DNA from: Podarcis erhardii
Taxonomy: Eukaryota
Length of the DNA: 64,000 nucleotides
Strand: one strand, 5' to 3'
NCBI GenBank assembly: GCA_964252035.1
Contig: OZ176210.1
Every line of letters starts with the position of its first letter. The first letter of the stretch is position 1. Below are positions 60,520-64,000 of the stretch, piece by piece. The position numbers and the translations under genes are program-made. The notes under the pieces were generated by a model. It did not search any database. It saw nothing but the letters and a program-made list of their open reading frames with translations, and was not told the DNA's origin.

Positions 60520-60903
60520 AAGGACCGCCTCTTTCCATGTGAACCTACCAAAACCCTGAGATCATCTTCTGAGGCCCTCCTTCATGTGCCACCTCCTTGA
60601 GAGGTCTGGAGGGTGGCAACATGAGAACAGGGCCTTCTCTGCAGTGGCTCCGTCTGTGGAATGCTCTCCTCAGGGAAGTCCACCTGGCGCGTTCATTACG
60701 CACCTTTAGGCACCAGGCAAAAACTTTCCTTTTTAATCAGGCCTTTGGTTGACCTGATTAACATCCCATACCCTTTTAAAATGTGGTTCTTTGGGGAGGG
60801 GTATTATTGGGTTATTGCTTTTATTTTTATTTTATATACTGTGATATTTTTATGTGAGCTGTCCTGAGACCTCCGGGTATAGGGTGGTATATAAATTCAA
60901 TAA
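60520..60903 (+). mobile_element. Older L2-type LINE 3' fragment
   Basis: Shares agggccttctc..gtggc...ctgtggaa with the other L2 copies and has a similar 3' end. Confidence 0.65.
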
Positions 60904-62326
60904 CAGGGATAAGAGGCGAGCAAAGTATGTCAGTGCTAGTTATTTACCAAAACTCCAGGGCATTTCATCCACAAAAGATCAGTATCTCAGTTATCATAGC
61001 AGTACTGGACGTAGCATGGAAGAGAACAGGCACAGAGCGTCAAGAAAATGTTATGGAGTTCCATCAAAACATTCCATTCACATTTTCCACCGAATTTAGA
61101 GCATATATGGCATCATTAAAGTTCTAGTGGAACATGAGGAGCCTATCTTCTCTATGCTAAAAAAAGCTTTATCTGCCCAGCACCATACACACTGATTTAA
61201 TCCTGCCTCTTTGCTAGGAAGATTCAATATTTGAGGTGTGTTGACACTTTTATACAATCTTATTTAGGTTTGTGAAAATATTATTCATTCTAGATTTTGT
61301 TAATTTCATTACAAATAGGAAGCACCCTTTTGTTTAGTTCTAGCTTTGTGATGGTCTGGTGATGAGACACAATTCTGAATCTCGTAATATGTGGGGATCA
61401 GTTTAATATCCAGGTAATGTAAAGTTAGAATGTTGTAGATTGGGGGAGGGATTTGATATTTACTGGGGAAACTGCTTCTCTCCCCCCCCCCCACTTTGCA
61501 GGTGGACAGTCTCAAAGCAGAGACCCTCCACAGGGCTAGGGGGAACATGAATTTTAACAGAGGGGACACACCCACAGGTCTACAGATACATGGCAACTCG
61601 TGCAAGAGAAAAATTCAAAAGGAAAACTCTTGATCAGGAAAAAACAAAACAAATAATGACAGACATTTAATATTTAAAAAAATGCATTTGATTTTCAGTT
61701 CTGAACACAGAAGGAAACATGGCTGAATAGACATACGTCTTCAAGAACAGCCAGGAATCATTCACAGAAGGTCAGGCTTTCTGCCTACAAGAAAAAAAGG
61801 GGTGGAAATGGTTTCACAGAAGTACCAAATCTTCCCCTTGCTGCTCCTTCTTGATGGATACCCAAAAAATTATAGTGGGATATAAAAACATGATAGCCTA
61901 CAGGGTGGAAATTCCCAGGAAAGTCTTCCATGTACCTCCAAAACTGAGTTTCAGAACCAGCGGCCCAAGTCACCAGTGGCTTCATTCACACGTAACACTG
62001 GCCATAAACAGCTCAAGCAGCTTGCCCTTTGCTCCTTTCTTATAAAGGGGAAACAAACCACAGTGTTATGTGCAAACCAGTGTTTGTAGTTTGCTCTTCT
62101 CAAGGCAAACCATGATTGGAAACCAAGGTCTGTTCTTGGCTTCCCTTCTAGGAAGGGAGGAGCAAAGCAAGGACTGCTCAAGCTGCTTGCACCGACATCA
62201 AGCTTGTGAACGGGCCGGCGTCCTGTTCATGGATAGAGGCATGTCTGGAAGCAGTCAATGAAAGGCAAGAATGACAGAGTGGGCATGTTAACTGCCATTT
62301 GCTCTCCGAATCTCGGGCCTCTAGGG

Positions 62327-62581
62327 CAGGGATGTCCAACCAGTAGATCGTGATCTACCGATAGATCCCCAGCTGATCCTGGTAGATCACGGGGTCCTTA
62401 TCATGTACAAAAAGTTAGTGGGGGAAGCTAAAAAAACTGTGCAATCCTCCCCAAAAAAGCTCAACAACTCTGGGCAATCCACCCACTCCACGCATGCTCT
62501 CTCCAATGACAATGGGTAGATCACTGCCAGTTTTTTTATATTGGGAGTAGATCACAGTCTCTTGGGAGTTGGATATGCCTG
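62327..62581. mobile_element. hAT (Charlie-like) MITE, 255 bp, perfect 8-bp TSD
   Basis: TIR cagggatgtccaac / gttggatatgcctg; ctctaggg at 62319-62326 and 62582-62589. Confidence 0.85.
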
Positions 62582-64000
62582 CTCTAGGGTATGTCACTGT
62601 GTCTGACAGGTTGGCAACTCTGCCCACCTTTCAAGCTTGGCCCATGAGGGGTGGGAGAGATAACTATCTCCCCATACCTGACCTATAGTATCTGTCATTC
62701 CACATCGGTGCCTTGGACCTTTACACAAGAGTCCTACTTTTCCATATTCAGCAGGGGCTGGCAGCTAACCATCCATTTGGCTATTCAAGGCTGAATTTAA
62801 TCCTAGTGATACAGATCCCAGTTGAATTGGTCTTCCTATTGACCCCCAGGGAGTGCCAGGGTGAAAAGAGTGTTAAGAACTCTCTTACGGATGCCCAGGT
62901 ACACCATCTCTGTACTACTGTGCTAATATGCCCACAATAGCCCCAAAATATACACGAGAAATCAAGAGGATTTAATAGAGAGCTAAAAAAAGGACAGAAA
63001 CCAAAATCCAACAGGAAGTCAACACTGGAGGCAATTCAACAGCTCTAGAAATGCAGAGGCACAGAATGTAATTCTAATTCCAGTTTGGGCCTACAATGTT
63101 AGTTTCACAGCACCTCTGTATCGACCTAATGCAGTGATCCAATACCGAACCGAATGAAAACCAACCGAGAGTGCACTGAAGTCACTTTTGATACAGTTGA
63201 AGCATCACAAGGAGGCTAGTATAAAGCAAAAGAAAACAAAAAAACCCAGCTATGAAATCTCTTTATATCTATCATAAGTATGTAGTAAAATAAGCTGAAT
63301 ACCAAAGGCATTCAGATTGCCTGAAGCCATAATTCACATGGCAAAATAAAATGCTGGGATCACTAGCATTCACATACCAATGACTCAAAAGCCCTGTTAA
63401 CAGCAAACAAGTCACTTTTTATCCACTTATTATCCCTATATCCAATTTCTAAATCTCTCCAATACAAACCTCCCCAAACCAAGGCACTTTCTTCCAAAAG
63501 TTCATGGGTTCTTATTTATTGCCTTTAAATTAGGCAAACTGCTGAGACCATTCACTAATCTTGAAATACTGAAAAGATTTCGCTCAGCTGAGTTGCTGCA
63601 AATTGATATGCATCTTATCTTCTTCAGAGATTATTGCAAAAGCTAGATTATCATAATTACATTTGCTGAAGCACGAACTCAGTATAAAATGCACATTTTT
63701 TTTTTCTTTTTTTAAAAAAACTCCTCTATGAAATAATATCCTTTTAAGCAGCCACAAGCTAGCCATTCCTGGAGGGGTTTTTATTTTAAAACAACCACCT
63801 CAAATTCAAATTCCATTAAAAGTGTTGCTCCACAGATTCCAAGATAATTCAAGGATGAAAGCCCTGAAGAGTTAGCTAAATAATTAAAGCATGGGGCTAG
63901 ACAAATGCCAGAAGTCACATGGAGTTGTAACACTGTACACAGTATGGAGCTTTTTTACAATCACACCCTTTGGCTGGAAGTAAGTAACATTTCAATTGTC

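Noticed and set aside
60308-64000. Possible ZNF532 5' non-coding exon or promoter
   Set aside because: There is no CpG island or convincing exon boundary; the promoter is probably beyond the window.

Overview
Eukaryotic DNA from a squamate reptile. The Sauria SINE and other repeats suggest a lacertid lizard. Two protein-coding genes lie in tandem on the minus strand. (1) ZNF532: all 8 coding exons were traced by hand (57941-60280, 44561-44742, 42993-43169, 40280-40442, 37511-37789, 33874-33986, 32397-32544, 30878-31372; 1298 aa; all introns GT-AG and in phase). No 5' non-coding exons or promoter could be identified in the window. (2) An intact OACYL-like gene (NRF-6/Acyl_transf_3 family membrane O-acyltransferase) with 15 coding exons from 23720 to 4271 (681 aa). 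Most of these exons are too short to appear in the supplied ORF track. The ZNF532-OACYL order matches my recollection of human 18q21, where OACYLP is a pseudogene. Introns are dense with mobile elements: Sauria, Squam2-like, Squam3-like and MIR-like SINEs; L1, L2 and CR1 3' fragments; hAT and Tc1/mariner MITEs; and solo LTRs. There are two assembly gaps, and no prokaryotic system, CRISPR array, rRNA or genuine tRNA. I did not find a clearly new biological system. The best leads are a SINE 3' end that appears to supply the branch point and pyrimidine tract of an OACYL exon, a sense-orientation bias of intronic Sauria SINEs, solo LTRs with an open acidic-then-basic U3 reading frame, and inverted MITEs bracketing an in-frame ZNF532 exon block. 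All coordinates and counts were done by eye; no database search was run.
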